From: Limisphaerales bacterium
Lineage (GTDB): Bacteria > Verrucomicrobiota > Verrucomicrobiia > Limisphaerales > SIBE01
Reading direction: 5' to 3'
Assembly: GCA_044225505.1 (NCBI GenBank)
Contig: JBGAIN010000021.1
Coordinates: forward strand, 1-64,000
DNA length: 64,000 nt
Shown here: one piece after another, positions 48,828-62,700 of the stretch
Layout: each line of letters opens with the position of its first letter
Position numbering within the stretch: the first letter of the stretch is position 1
Translations under genes and position numbers: made by a program
Notes under the pieces: model-generated
Databases searched by the model: none
What the model saw: only the letters and a program-made list of their open reading frames with translations
What the model was told of the DNA's origin: nothing

Positions 48828-51800
48828 ATGAATCGATTGCTGCTTGCCCTGCTTATCCTGGGGTTCACTGTCGTCCAAGTCTCTACGGCGCGTGCTGCAG
48901 AAGCGGGCGCCGACCCGGTTCGAGAGCGCGAGATGCGCCAGCGCTACGAGTCTGTGCTGCTGCGCAATCCCTTTCAAGAACGCGCTTTCGACCAGGTCTA
49001 CGAGGGTTATGCCAAGGTGGAAGGAGTAGATAAATGGGTCGAGGCGTTGAAACCGAAAGTGGAATCACCCGAAGGCCAAGCGGCTCTGCTCTTGCTCGGC
49101 CAGATCTATGCGCGGCAGTTCAAAACTCCCGAAGCGATCACCGCGTTTGAAGCGGCCGCGGCCAAAGGAGAGAATCGACCGGCCTTTAAAGTCCTGCTCG
49201 GCACGCTTTGTTACAAAGCGGGCCAAGATCAAAAGGCGGCTGACCTGCTGACGGCAGCGCTGGACGTCCTTACCGATCTGGACCAACGGTCCGGGGTTTG
49301 CCGAATGCTCGGAAATATCTACCTTCGCCAGGGCTCTCGGGAGAAAGCGATCGCGGTGTGGAAGCGTATCGCTGAGCAAAACCCGAATGAGGTGTTTTCG
49401 CAATTGGAGTTAGCGGAAATCTACGAGGATAATCGCATGTGGAGCGATGCTATTCAGGTTTACCGGCGCATCGCGGACACGGCGAAGGAGGACGCTTATC
49501 GTCGCTGTCGGGCGCTACGTTCTATTGGCCAGTGCCAAGTGCAGGCGGAACAGTTCAAGGAGGCCATCGCGACGTATGAACAGGCTCTGGAACTGGTGGC
49601 TCCCGGTAACTGGTTGTTCGAAGATCTGAAGCTCCGTCTTGTGGGAGTTTACGAGGACATTGGCGACCTGGCAGGACTGGTAAAGTACGTCCAGGCCCGC
49701 CTGGAGCAAAACCCTGCCGACCTCGAATTTCGGGATCTGCTCGCGGAAACGTTCGGGCGAATGGCTCGCTTCGATGACGCGGAAAAGGAATACCGCAAGG
49801 TATTGGAACGTAATCCTCGCAGCAGCACGGCTCGTGAAAAACTGATTGCGTTGTATACGCGCACCGGGAACAAGGCTGGGGTCGTGTCGGAGTTTGAGAA
49901 GCTCATCGAGCTAAATCCTAGCGATAGCGACTATCTGCGTCGCTTAGGCGAAGTTTACCTGCGCGAGAACAACCCTGATAAAGCCAAGGAAACGTGGCGG
50001 CGCGTGGCCAAGGACAAAACCACGGCGCCACCGGTGGCTCTCCTCGCGGGCTGGTTTGAGAACTACGATTTCCTGGATGACGCGGTGGTCGCCTATCAAG
50101 AGGCGATCAGCAAGAGCAGGAATAAGGAGTGGGTCCTGCGGTTGGCTGCGTTGAAGTTCCAAAAAGGCGATGAATCGGAAGCGGTCAAACTGTGGCTTTC
50201 CGTCATCGATCCGGCGTCGAGCAAAGTCGAGGACTATGCGGAAATTGCTTCGATTCTGGAGGTTAATCAAAAACTGGATGAGGCGTTGACGTTGAGAAAA
50301 GCGGCAGTCAGCAAGGACGGCACGCATTTGGAAAGCCACTTGGATTACGCAAAACTCCTCATGCGCCAGCAGAAATTCGAAGAAGCAGCCGCTGAGTTCG
50401 ACGTCTTAGCGAATCAGGACAAGAACGAGTTCCTCACGGCACAGGGGGAAACGGGGCGACTTGATGCCTGGCGCGAAATGGGAGTGCTTGAGGAAAAGCA
50501 AAAGCAATGGGAACGAGAGCTGCAGCAGAATGCCGCCGATGCCAAGAAGTTGGGACTCTTGGCAAGGTTGTACGAGCGCTCCGGACAACGCGAGAAGGCC
50601 CTGGCGCTTTACGAAGGGCGCAGGGAGAAAGAGCCGGAAAATGTGGAGTACCTTCGGGCCTTGGCGGGGCTGTATAAGAATGGGAAACAGACCGAACAGG
50701 CCGTTGCCACGCTGAATGCTCTTCTCGAAAAAGACAAGAATCGAGCTCGGGTTTATCAAAAAGACTTGCTCGAGATCTACTTGAGTCTGGATTTGAAGAA
50801 GGAAGCCATCGCGGCGGCCGAACAGGTGGTGAGCCTCGCCCCGAGCGATCCGGAAACGCGGTTAAGCCTCGCTCAAATCTATGCCATGTATCGCGAAACG
50901 GAAAAAGCTTTGAATGAGTACCGCTTCGCGCTTCGCCTGGCTCCGAACGAGCCGGATTATCACCGGCAGTACGGCGAAGCCTTGGAACAAGAGAAACGCT
51001 ATGGCGAGGCTCAGGAAGCATTTCGGAAAATGCTGGATGTGGCGAAAGAAGACAGCACTCGCCTGAGTGCGGTGGCGAATCTCGCGCGCATTCACTTGCA
51101 GCAAGATCGTCTCAGCGAGCTAACGTCTGAATTCCAGCGCCGCATTCGTAATACACCCAAAAAGCTGGCTGCTTATGAGGAGTTGGCCGCTATCCATAAA
51201 GAGTCCGGGCAGATCTTCAAAGGTGTGGAGGTGTTGGAAGGGGGCCTGCAGAACGTGGACGACAAGGGGGCCGCGCTGAAAGCCTTGATCCGTCTGGCGC
51301 ATGAAGCCCAGGATTTTCCTAAAGTGAAGAGTTATTTCGAGCAATTGGTGGCGATGTCCGGGAAACCAAGCGCGAACGAGTTTGAACGCCTAGGGCAGAT
51401 CTATGCCCAGCTAGGCGATGTCGAGAAGGCCAAAGCCACCTGGAACAATATTCTGATGGCCGCGCCCAAGGACCCAAAAGCCCACGATCGCTTGGCCAAG
51501 CTGTTGCAGGATCAAGGTTTCACGGACGAGGCACTGGTCGTGCGGGCCAAAGCCATCGAGTTGGATCCGAACGATTACAAGCGCCGGTTTGAATATGCGC
51601 AGTTGCTCTCTCAGAACCAACAACAGGTCCAGGCGATGGAACAATTGCGCTTAATCCTCGAAATCGGGGACCGCGAAGAAAAGAAGGCGGAAAAGGAAAC
51701 AGAGAAGAAGGTTCAGACAGTGCGTAAAGGACAGCAGAACGCCGTCAGCCCCTACCAATTCATGTATTCGAGCCGTTCTTTTGGACGGTATTGGGGAGGT

Positions 51801-54800
51801 GGATGGCAAGGGACTTTCAAGGAATTTCGGCCAAGCGTTCTTCAGTTCATGGCGTCGGTTGGGCAGCAAAGCATCGGCGAAGAGGCGTTCCTGGAACAAT
51901 TGCAGGAAAGAGCCAAGAAACCTGGGGCTACAGCAGAGCAGAAACGCGACCTCTTGACCGTTCTCCAGATGTTCAACCGCATGGACGAGGGCATCGCGCT
52001 CGGGGCGCAATTGCTGGCAGACGCTCCGAAAGATCCGGATTTGCTGCAGTTGATGGCGTTGTTCTATTCGGATCGCCAGAAGCTCGACGAAGCCATCCCC
52101 TTGTTGGAACGTCTGGGCGCTGCCCAGCCCAAACAGCGCACGACGGCGGCCGCCGGGTTGGTGCCGCTCTACTTTAAGAATAAGCAACCGGAAAAAGCTC
52201 TGGCGTTGGTCGACGAAGTCCTCAAAGAGAATCCGACCGACGTGCAAACGTACTACGTTATGAGCAGCCTCCTCCAGAATAACGCCAAGTTCGAGGAGGC
52301 AAAGCGCGTTCTCACGAAGCTCGGCGAGGTGGACCCGCAGCAAGCGGACAATGCTCGCAATCAAATCGCGAGCCTCTCCAAGTTGGCGGGGAAAATGGAC
52401 GAAGCGCTCGGGTTGTTTCGAGGGATCCTTTTCTCCGAAATGCAACGGCCCGCCTATTACGCTCGGAGCAAGCGTGTCGATATTTATATGCCTCAAGTGC
52501 AGCCGAACCCCAATCGATACTACGGCAATCCGATGCAGAACTTGCCGCCAGCCGCTTTTGGGCAGGTTCCATACGACAAAGTCAATGCGCTCAATGAACT
52601 CAAGATCGCGGCCAAATCTGGGCAAGCGGCTGCCACAAACGTGATCGACGAGATGGAACGCGTTGCTCGAGCTTGGTCACCCGCTGCCACACCCAATCAA
52701 CGCGAGCAAGCCTGGGACATCGCTCGGCTGTTAGTCGCTCATTACACGATGGAAAAAGAATTCGACAAGGCCGAGAGCGCTCTGCAAGCCGTGCGCAAAG
52801 CTGGTTTTGACGAAGCGGCCTGGTTCAATCTCGCGATCTACGTGGCCGAGCAGAAAGAGGACTTTGCGGCCATGACGAAGTATTATTCGGAACTGCAGCA
52901 GCGTTACCCGGCCAAAGCGCGAGACATTGCGATCGGACGCGCCAATACTCACCTGCTGGCCAAGAAGTTCGACGACGCGGCCAAAGCCATTGCCGATCTT
53001 AACGAACAGCGGGTCCCTCCCGTGCAGATCATGGGACTCATCGGGGAATTGCAGCGGTTGGGCGAGAAGAAACTAGCCCGTCAATTGCTCGAGGAACATC
53101 TCAGTGGCGTGAGCCGGAATCCGCAAGCGTTGTCGATGCTAGCGTCCATCTATGGAGAGGATGGCGATTTTGCGAAGGCGATCGCGCTCGGGAACGAGGC
53201 TTGGGAACGCAAAGCGCACGGAGCGCCAGGAGGTTCGCAGTACTTTGGAGCGTACTATTACGGGTATATGCCGCAGTTCGGCCAAGTCGATAACCTGCTC
53301 AACGAACTCCATCGCTACTACGTGGGAGCTGGGAAGAGTGAGGAGCTCATCGAACGATTCAAACAGGTGTTGGAAAAGCAGCCAGGCTCGGTGCAAGCGC
53401 ATGAAAACCTGGCCTCGCTTTACCGGTTTGGCGACCAGCGAGACAAAGCTCTGGAGATTTATCAGCAGCTGACCGAGCGTCGGCCTCACTTGCTGACCGC
53501 CAAGCGGGCCATCGCTTCCGTTTACCAGGAGATGGGGCAGTTCGACAAGGCGACGAAACTCTATGAGGATCTGATCAAAGCCAATCCGAACCTGTATCAG
53601 TCTTTTCAGTGGGAACTGCGATCGGCCTATCAACGCCAAGGCAAAGGGCAGGAGCTGCAAAAGATGGAAGACAACCTGGCTGCCAAGGCGCGCGACCCGA
53701 ATCAGCTCATGCAATTGGCGATGCGGATGAAGGAAGACGGCGAGCTGGACAAGGCCATAGAGCTGCTCCGGAAGGCGGTCAAGATGTCGCCAGGCCAGCC
53801 ATTTTTCTACAGTCAACTGGCTTCGGCGCTCGCAGACAAAGGTCAGTTGGATGAAGCGTTGAAAGCGTACGAAGAGTTTATCAACTCGCCCCAGCTGCGT
53901 GGCCAGGGATATATGGATCACGGAACGATCCGCCAATTTGTGGGGCTCTACAAAGGCACCGGCAAGTTGGATGAACTGAAGAAGCGTTGCGAAGCGGATT
54001 TAAAGAAGAACTCTGCCGATCGAATGGCTCGGACGATCCAGGCGCATATGGCATTTGCGGAAAAGCGCTTTGATGACGCGTTGGATGGTTTCAAGGCCAT
54101 ACTGGAACTGGGACCGGATCCCAATATCGTGAGTCAGTTGATCGAGATTGCCGGTTTCAGCGGCAAGTTCAAAGCTGTCCTGGCATTGGCCGAAAGGGCA
54201 GATACGAGTGGGAATTCCTGGGACGCGCAGCAGCTGTCCAGCTTGTATCTCGCGCTTGGCGATAAGAAGAAGGCTGCATCCCAGCAAATGAAGTGGGCGG
54301 AGGAAATGATCCGGCAAGGCAATGGCAGTTGGGCACTCCGGCAGACAATGGAGCAGCTCGGGCGGATGGAACTGTGGGAGGAGGCTGAGGCATTCGCCAC
54401 CAAACATCGCACGGACAATATGGACCAATGGGAAGCGGAAGAGTTTGACCGCATGATTGCGTCCAGTTACGTGACGAATAAACGGTTTGAACCCCTGGTC
54501 AAAGCGATGCTGGCGAAGGACTCGCTCAAAGGACGAGATTTATCTTTGGTGCAAAAGATTTCCGAACAACTTGCAGGCCGTCCGGGCGATCGGCGCGAGT
54601 TCTTGCAAAAACTGGTGGTGGCGGACCCAAAGAACCGCGAACTCGNNNNNNNNNNNNNNNNNNNNNCCAAAGAACCGCGAACTCGCCTTCACCTTGGCGC
54701 AGCTTTACACGGTCGCGGCTGATCTGCCGAAAAAGCTGACTTTACTGCAGCCGTTGGTGGACGCGGACCCGGCTCGGAGTGATTACCGCCAGGCTTGGGC

Positions 54801-57783
54801 AGAGACCATGATTGAACTGGGCCGCGCACCCGAGGCGCTGGAGGTGATCGCCCGGTGGGTTGCCGAGAAACCTGGTGAACAACGCTGGACGCTTCTGTCA
54901 CAGTTGCAGGCTCGTGCTGGTCGGATACGCGATGCGCGCGCATCGCTCGTGCAAGCAGTGGAATCGGCGGACAAAGTGCGCAAAACGGATCTGAAGATTC
55001 AGTTGGCTCATTTTGATACGGAACAGGGTGATGTGTCGGAAGAGAGGGAAGCGTTAAAGGCGAACTTCCTGGGGAAGAAAGATGCACGAACATTTCAGGG
55101 GTATTGGCGGTTTCTCGACGAGAGAGGCTGGCCCGCGGAAGCTCACACCCTGTTCGTCACGAATCGGGAGAGCGGCTTTTTCCAGCAGTACCAGCAGAAT
55201 GACTTCGTTGCACAATGCTTGAACCAGTCGGACTACAGCTCTGCAGCAGATCTGAACTGGCGCTTTACTCGCTATGGCGAACGGTGGGAACGCGACTGGT
55301 ATTTTGATCGCGTGGCTAAAGTCTACCGTGAACGAGGAAAAATGCGGTGGTTCGTGAATGACTTTGCCCAGCGGATCGAAAAGGACGGCGCGTCCAATGA
55401 GAGTTTGGCGCAACGCGTTGCCCGGTCTTGGGAGCAGTCTGGGTTTCCAGACAAAGCATTCGCCATTTATGATCGGCAACTGGAGAAAAACCCGTTCAAC
55501 CGCACGGCCAGCGAAAGCAAGGCCGGACTGCTCGTGAAGCTCGGTCGGACCGACGAAGCCATCGCGATCCTTCGCAGCAGCAAAGGAATCACGACGTTGG
55601 AGGTGGAGTCCAATGCCAGCGTCGCTCTCATCTCAACCCTCCTGAACTTGGGACGGCAAACGGAGGCGACGCAAGAAATCCAAAGCCTGCTTGCCTGGGA
55701 CAAACGACCGAACACCTTGATGCGCGTGGGAAATCTTCTGATGGATAATGGCCAAGCCAACCAAGCCTTGACCATTCTGGAACAGGCCACGGGCAGCCTC
55801 CGCGACTGGAATTACGATGAGGTTCTAATGAGTTTAGCCAAATGCCGCGCCAAAGTGGGCCAAGCGGACGATTTGATGAAACTGACCCAAGAACTCATGA
55901 CCTCAAGCAATGCGGAGTGGCGCTTGCAGAGTCTGCAAGCCTGGCTGGCTTCCGAAGGGTTTTACAAGCTGGCCGCGCAGCTGGTTGAGTATCGGTTGGC
56001 CAAAACCCCCACGGTCTTGGACTTGTATACAACCCTGGCAGGCTTGTATCAATCGGCAGGGGATAGCGATCGGGCCTTTGCCACCTACGAGAAAGCATCG
56101 ACTGCGGTTGCGAAGGAATTGCAGGGCAACCTGCGGGCGGCCTTGGGCAATTTCCTCTACGATTTTAATCTCATCACGCAAGCGGTGGCTCGCCTGGAGA
56201 CTCCGCAAGGCGCGCTTCTGGCGGACGCGTTGGTGGATGTCCTGGGTCGCACCGAGGCGAAGTCAGAGCGGACGCGCATCTTGGAAAGCAATCTTGATAA
56301 GTTAAAGCCCAACGAGGCAGAGCTGCAATTTAGGCTGGCTCAGGCCCTGGTCAAGCTCCATCGCGATGAGGACGCTGTGGTCTGGTTCAAACGAGCTCTT
56401 GAATCCACGAATGATTTCGAACGCACGACGGCGGCAGTCGGGTTGGCCCGCTTAACGGGAGATAAAGCAGCAGCGGCCGTCCTGTCCGAAGCGCTCGACC
56501 GCTATCCCCATTGGTTCACGGGACGGGAATGGTCCGGAGGATCATTCGCTCCCATGCCTGTTGTCTCTTTCGGTCCATACTATGGTGCGGCGGTTCCTTA
56601 TAGTGGCCAGCCTAGCTCCCGAATTGACAAAAGCTGGGTGCCCAGCGCTATCGCGCGATCTGCCGACATGGCCTTGATGGAGAAGTACAAGACCGTTATG
56701 GCATCGGCAGCCTTGTGGGATTCCGATATCCAGCTGCCCGCAGTCCTGCTGGAATATCATCGTGGCAAGACGAACGAAGTCCGACGCCAACTCACCGCGC
56801 TGGCAGCCGCGCCGAAGATCAACGGCGCCAGTTTGCAGACGCTGATCGGCCTGCTGGAGGAGTCCGGTCTTCGGGACGAGCAGATCCAAGCATTGTCTCG
56901 TTTAGCCCAAGGAGGCTATGGCGCACAAACACGATCGCAAGCCATGGCGGACTTGGTGAAGGTCAACGCCAAAGCGCGTGACTATGAACACGCTGTCGGA
57001 CTTCTGGCCGAGCTTCTAGGCACTTGGGGAACGTCCGCTTGCGAGCAGGCCCGCGCGGCGCTTGTGGACGCAGTGGACTCCGAGCATTACGGGGCTTTTC
57101 GGTCGGCAGTGTTGAAGGCGGTGCGGACCAAGCCGGAAGCCGACGTGGACTCAAGTCTCCTTGGGTGGTGCGCGCAGATTGGCCAACGCATTGGCTTGGA
57201 TGAAACGGCCGAGAAACTGGCTGCGGAGGCCAAGGTCAACGAGATGGAGCGGGAAGAGGCGGCGGCCTGGGACACCTTGGTGGAACAATGGGAAATTGCC
57301 GGTCCGTTCCGGACGCAAGGATCGGACAACACCCCGTCGATCGACTATGGTTCAATGATGGGCACTATCGGAATGTCATTAAAGGCCAAAGGATTGGCCG
57401 TTCCGAAGGAGGCAGTCTGGGTCAAGACGGATCCACGTAAGGAACTTGGTGTGATCCAAATTGGACCTCTGCTGGGTCTCCAGGCGGGCGAAACGGGTGG
57501 GCAGTCTGCCTGGGCACGAACGACGCTCGTTTCGCCGGAAGATCAGCGAGTGACTTTCGCGGTCGGGTCCGATGACACGGTGCGCGTATGGGTGAATGGC
57601 GAGTTGGTGCACAGCTACTTGGAATCCCGCACATGTGCGCTGGACCAAGACCGCTTTACCGCGACGCTAAAGAAAGGGAATAATCAAATCGTTCTCCAGA
57701 TCGGTAACATTAGTGAGTCGTGGAACTTCTGCTTCCGGATCGTCGAAGGAGCCCGTGGGACGACCCTGGCTGCAGTCCAGTAA
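48828..57783 (+). CDS. Giant secreted TPR protein with C-terminal PA14-like domain; one gene split by an assembly gap
   Basis: Signal peptide MNRLLLALLILG, many TPR helices, and C-terminal GSDDTVRVWVNG...LKKGNNQI. Identical 19-mers flank the N-run; collapsing them gives one frame of ~2970 aa. Confidence 0.85.
54646..54666. other. Scaffold gap (21 N)
   Basis: Run of n characters. Confidence 1.
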
Positions 57784-58065
57784 CCAATCGAGTCACAATC
57801 CTAAGGACCTCGCTTTCGGGAACGTCAACTCGGTTTGGTCCCGGCGTGCGGGAAGTCTGCTTGGTTCATGCTAGTTCAACCTCGCGAGTGAAGGACCAGG
57901 GCCGCCGTTTGTCGTAACGACCGATGTTCGACGTGCGGGAAATACATTGGCCCATTCACCTAAGTACCCACGAAGCACGCCGTGGGAACAAATGCGATTC
58001 TCGCGCGAAGCGGCAACTCCTCCGCGACGCGATCAGGCTTCGGTTTCCCAGGATTCGCCAGGCGT

Positions 58066-59796
58066 CTAGTGGCTGGAGGTGGCCGTTGGTGGTTGACCCG
58101 ATGGGGTTCGGTTAGAAGGTGTCTGCTTTAGAGTGTTCTCTAAAATCAGTGCGGCGACACGGCCAGACTTCCAGCCGGCTCTGACTGAGGCTGGAATGGG
58201 AATCGAGGCAGGTCCATTGATAAATGATCCAAGGACAATGTCCAAGTCTCCGTCGTCATCGACATCGCCGACATCCATTGTTAGCCAGCGGCCACGCATC
58301 GCCTCAGGCATGCTGTGCGCCACGAACTGGAGGTTTCCTCTATTTTCGAGGTAAACGAAACTCTCTTGCGGTGAGTTGAGATAATCGGGGAAGAACGAGA
58401 TCGCGGCGATGTCCAGGTCACCGTCACCATCGAAGTCGGCTGCCATGCTTTGGAAAGCACCGTGGAGCGGGTAGAACCAAGCTTCCTTAAATAAATTCGG
58501 CGGATGATTTAAATAGAGCCTGATCCCGTGGAAACTTTTGTTCGGTGAAATGTAGTCGCCGCTATCGCCGTTGGTCACTAGCAGGTCGGGAAACCCATCG
58601 TTGTTAAAATCGACCATTTGCATTCCAGAACATCCCCAAACAGGCGGAAATTCGGCGACGGGCGAAATATCAAACTGCCCTTGTCTGTCCGTTTTGAAAG
58701 CATAGATGCCTTCTCGGGCTTGCGCCATAAGCACGAAAAAGTCGGGCAAACCATCCTTGCGGGTGCTTGGAATGCAGGCGCGAATTGCTCCCGGTCGATC
58801 GAGCAAGAGGTGTTGTTCAAGCCGATCATGTCCGAGATTTTCGAACCAGGACAACGCGCCTAAAACCGAACCAAATTCCGAGACGATCAGATCTTCGCGG
58901 CCGTCGCGGTTGAGGTCCGCGAAGGCGACGTCCGTAGGTCGACGCAGTTTATCGAGAATGGTTCGAACGCCGTAGGCACCGTTTGTTCGGCTTAGAAAGA
59001 CGATCTGCCCGGCCAACTGGTCGGAAGGGAAGATGTTGCCGATCAGCACGAGATAAGCGCCATTATCCTTAAACACCATGCTCACCGGGCCACTGTTGAG
59101 CGGCACGCCCGTCTGCCGAACGCCCTTGGAATCGAGCACTTCGAGGGATTTGGTGCGGGCGTCGCCGAGATAGAGCGTCTGAGTATGTGAGTCGATCTTG
59201 ACGAGTGTTGTCCATGGCTCACCACCGCTCGTCAGAATATCCTTGGCGCGGAACTGAGTGAGATCGCTGCGAATGCTTGGATGTGGCGGCTGAGGCAAGG
59301 GATCGGTTGGAGCTAGTTCGCTAAAATAGCTGCAGATCGACCACCAATCTTGTTCGGAGAGGAGCGGTTGGTCTGGAAAAACGCCTGCCTCTTTCAGAAT
59401 TTTTCCGTCTGGATGCTTGTCGTAATTCAGTTTCGCCGCTCCGACGCGCAACGCCATCAAGCGCAACGCACCATTTGTCCACGCAGCTTTCGTCAAGTAA
59501 CGCGGCTCGGGAAACAAGTGGCACGCTTGGCAATAGATGTGAGCGAGTTCGAACCCGTGGCGCAGATGTCGTGGCAAGTCTGGAGGAGGTTGGTTGGTTA
59601 GCGGTGAGGTAATCGATTCGGTCGAGACTGGGAAGTTCTCGGCCACGGTTTGGAATACGGTTCCGAGCGCAATGAAACCCACGAACACGAGACGCAAGAG
59701 ATGGGGCGCAAAGTCTAACGGCGGTAGCGGCAACCTCGCCTGGGCTGGATTACCCTCGAACACTTCATGGAAGCCCGACTCCACAAACAACGTCAT
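58066..59796 (-). CDS. Cytochrome c motif + FG-GAP/VCBS repeat protein
   Basis: YCQACHLFPEP; DLNRDGREDL, DFNNDGFPDL, DFDGDGDLDI, DVDDDGDLDI. ATG 59796 overlaps the upstream TGA (ATGA). Confidence 0.85.
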   Translation of the reverse strand: MTLFVESGFHEVFEGNPAQARLPLPPLDFAPHLLRLVFVGFIALGTVFQTVAENFPVSTESITSPLTNQPPPDLPRHLRHGFELAHIYCQACHLFPEPRYLTKAAWTNGALRLMALRVGAAKLNYDKHPDGKILKEAGVFPDQPLLSEQDWWSICSYFSELAPTDPLPQPPHPSIRSDLTQFRAKDILTSGGEPWTTLVKIDSHTQTLYLGDARTKSLEVLDSKGVRQTGVPLNSGPVSMVFKDNGAYLVLIGNIFPSDQLAGQIVFLSRTNGAYGVRTILDKLRRPTDVAFADLNRDGREDLIVSEFGSVLGALSWFENLGHDRLEQHLLLDRPGAIRACIPSTRKDGLPDFFVLMAQAREGIYAFKTDRQGQFDISPVAEFPPVWGCSGMQMVDFNNDGFPDLLVTNGDSGDYISPNKSFHGIRLYLNHPPNLFKEAWFYPLHGAFQSMAADFDGDGDLDIAAISFFPDYLNSPQESFVYLENRGNLQFVAHSMPEAMRGRWLTMDVGDVDDDGDLDIVLGSFINGPASIPIPASVRAGWKSGRVAALILENTLKQTPSNRTPSGQPPTATSSH

Positions 59797-62700
59797 TTTC
59801 TGACCGTTTCCCCGTTCTCCTGGTTCAACGTAAGTTCTTTCGTCCCCGAAGCGATCGGTGCCGTCACAATCTTTCCTCCAGGCCAGCGAACCCAAATCTC
59901 CGTCGGGGGCTTCGGCATACCGAGGACTTGAACATAACTGTCTTGGGACCAATACCCGCTCCCTGAATGGATCTCACGCATCGGACCCCACTCTTGCGAG
60001 AACCTCAAACGAAGACATGCGCCGATGCCATCCTGATTCTGGGGCAGCCCCTTTAGACGGACGCGCAACCCAGGTTGAGCATTCATGTTGTGGTAAAGCT
60101 TGGTGGCACCGGCGTTTTGCGTCACTAGCAAATCCGCGCGTCCATCGTGATCAAAGTCGCCAACGGCACTTCCGCGTTGCTCGCCGTAGATTTTGATCCC
60201 ACTTTTCTGCCCGGAAATGGCTGTCAGATTCCCATTGCCGTCTCCTCTCAGAAGTAGACCCCGTCCTGCGTCATACTCGGAGATCTCTGGGCAAGTGCCA
60301 AAGAAATTCTGGCTGAGAAAGACGTCTTCCTTCCCGTCGCCGTCAAAATCGGCCACGTTGATTCCGAACACGGGGCTGAATTGGGCTTCGACGGGGAGCG
60401 GTCGCGCGACGAACTTTTGGCCACGGTTCAAGAACAGCGTGGATTCGAGCCAGGTTACCTCGTGAAGTTCCAGCTTGGTGAGAGCAGGTCCGAAGATCTC
60501 TTCAACCCCAAGCTGTGCAAACGCTCGATGGGAAGTGAAACGTTCTCCGATCGATGGGATGGCCCTGGCCATGACGGCAAGGGATCGCCACGGAACATAT
60601 TTGTTCATCGTCGGGTCGAAGAACGCTTCAATGACTTCTTGAGTCCCGTTGTCATCGAGATCGCCTGTCCAAAGCCGCAACGGTCGTGCGCGATGGCTTT
60701 GATAGCGAGTATTGTTACCCCAATTCGATGCGATGAGATCAAGTTTTCCATCGCCGTCGAGATCTCCAGTGCTAACACCGTTCCACCAACCTGAATAAAC
60801 ATCCAATCCCCACTGGTGAGTAGCCTCCCGCAATGTCCCGCGAACGTTGGAAAAAACCCGGAGAAAGCCCCAATCGCAGGCAAGGACGAGTTCAGGGTAG
60901 CCGTCGCCATCTAAATCGCTCCAAATCGCACTACTCACCATACCGAGCTTTTCGAGAGTCTTCGTGTTGGCGGCGTCGAGTTCCCAATGACCGGCCGTTT
61001 CTCGAAACAAGAGGGAGGACGCAGCATTACCATACCGGCCGCCGACAACGCGGCCGCCAACAAATAGGGCTAACGGACCTTCGCCATTCAGGGCTCCAAG
61101 GGCAACTGGACCGACACTAGACAAGTCGCTCGGGAGGGTCGCATCTACTTTTAACGTAGCGAAGTCGTATTGCTGCACGCCGCTGCCCGACGCGGTATTC
61201 TCCTCGTAGGTCGCCGATCCGGCAATCACGACGGCCCCACCGTCCCGGCGTCGCCATCCGAGGATGCCACTCTGGTCTCTTGGCAAAGTGACGGCGTTGG
61301 GCCACTCGTTTCGGGGCAGAAATCCACCTTGGCGATTGTTGAGACGTACTGACAACGACCCACCTTTACCACTACCAATGAGGGCATCTTCCCAGCCGTC
61401 CCCATTGACGTCGAACCAAGCGACTCCTGGGCCTAATTGACTCAGTTTCACGGGCAACAATGGCTGTCGAGCAAAGTCGTCGAAATCCTCGGCGTGATGT
61501 TGATGATTCAAACGACTGGTCGCGTCTTCAAATAACACGCTGTCCACACTTTCGGATTTAGGGGAGCGATTCGGATCGCTTTCCGGGCGGCGGACCGATG
61601 ACGATTCATCGATTTCGTAAACGCGGTTCGGCTTGGCATGCTCTACCACACTCGATTTACCGGTGCGCCAACGCACTTCAATTCTTAGGTCATTGGTTAG
61701 CGAGCCAGCAGCGAATGTGCGCATCGCGTCGTCGCTCGATAAGTAACGGCCTCCGCAAATCATTTCCTGAGACTGCGAGACAGGACCGCCCAGGACTGTC
61801 ATGCGGGCTCCAATTCCATGAGTGTTTGGCGCAAGTCCTTTCAAGCGAAGACTGATTCGCGGTGCGGCACTCTCATTGCGGTACAGCCTGGCAGGCCCGT
61901 TCAGGCTATTCACCACCACGTCAAGGTCGCCATCATTATCAAGATCGGCCAATGCCATGCCCTGAGCGACGCCGACGTCATTAAATCCCCAGGCCTGCCC
62001 CGTCTCTTCAAACGTTAGGTCGCGGCGGTTATGAAATGCGATCTTTGGTCCGGGAATCGGAGGGGTTGCCTTGCGCAAATTTAGCTCCTCCATGGGCGAC
62101 AGGCGTTTGGATTTGCGAAAGGATTCGATACGCAAGCCAGTGTCGAGATCCATGTCATCTCGACTGTGTCCAGTGCAAATGAGGAGATCCTCGTATCCGT
62201 CCAGGTCGACATCTAAAAAGATAGGAGTCCACGACCATGACGAGGCTTCGACCCCGGCGAGAAAGGCGATTTCCGCATAGGTAGCGTCGCCTCGATTCAG
62301 GTGAAGAGTATTGCGCGTGACTTGCGGGCGATGATCGAGCATTCCGAAGGGACGGTTATCCATGACGCGGTCCATCCGGGTGAGCAGGGTCACATGATCC
62401 CGGCTCAGCATGTCCAAGGTAAAAAGGTCGTCATGGCCGTCTCGATTGATATCCGCGACGTCGATGCCCATCGAGAACTTCGAAGTGTTGCGAAGGGCGA
62501 GTTTGGAGAGCGCTCGAAAGTGCCCGCGCCCATCGTTGATCCAGATGCGGTCTGGAGAATGGAAGTCATTACACAGGTAAAGATCGGGCCAGTGATCGCC
62601 GTTCAAGTCCCGGGCCATCACTGAGAGCGTCCAATCATATGGCAGTGAAATGGGTTGGCCCGTCTCGTCGAGAAACGCCCCTTCCGTGAACGAAATCAAC

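Noticed and set aside
51651..53936. Long minus-strand ORFs (324 aa, 265 aa) within the TPR gene
   Set aside because: Antisense shadows typical of GC-rich coding DNA, with no recognisable motifs.
48738..57783. Two separate TPR genes or programmed frameshifting
   Set aside because: Explained by the duplicated 19-mer around the N-gap.
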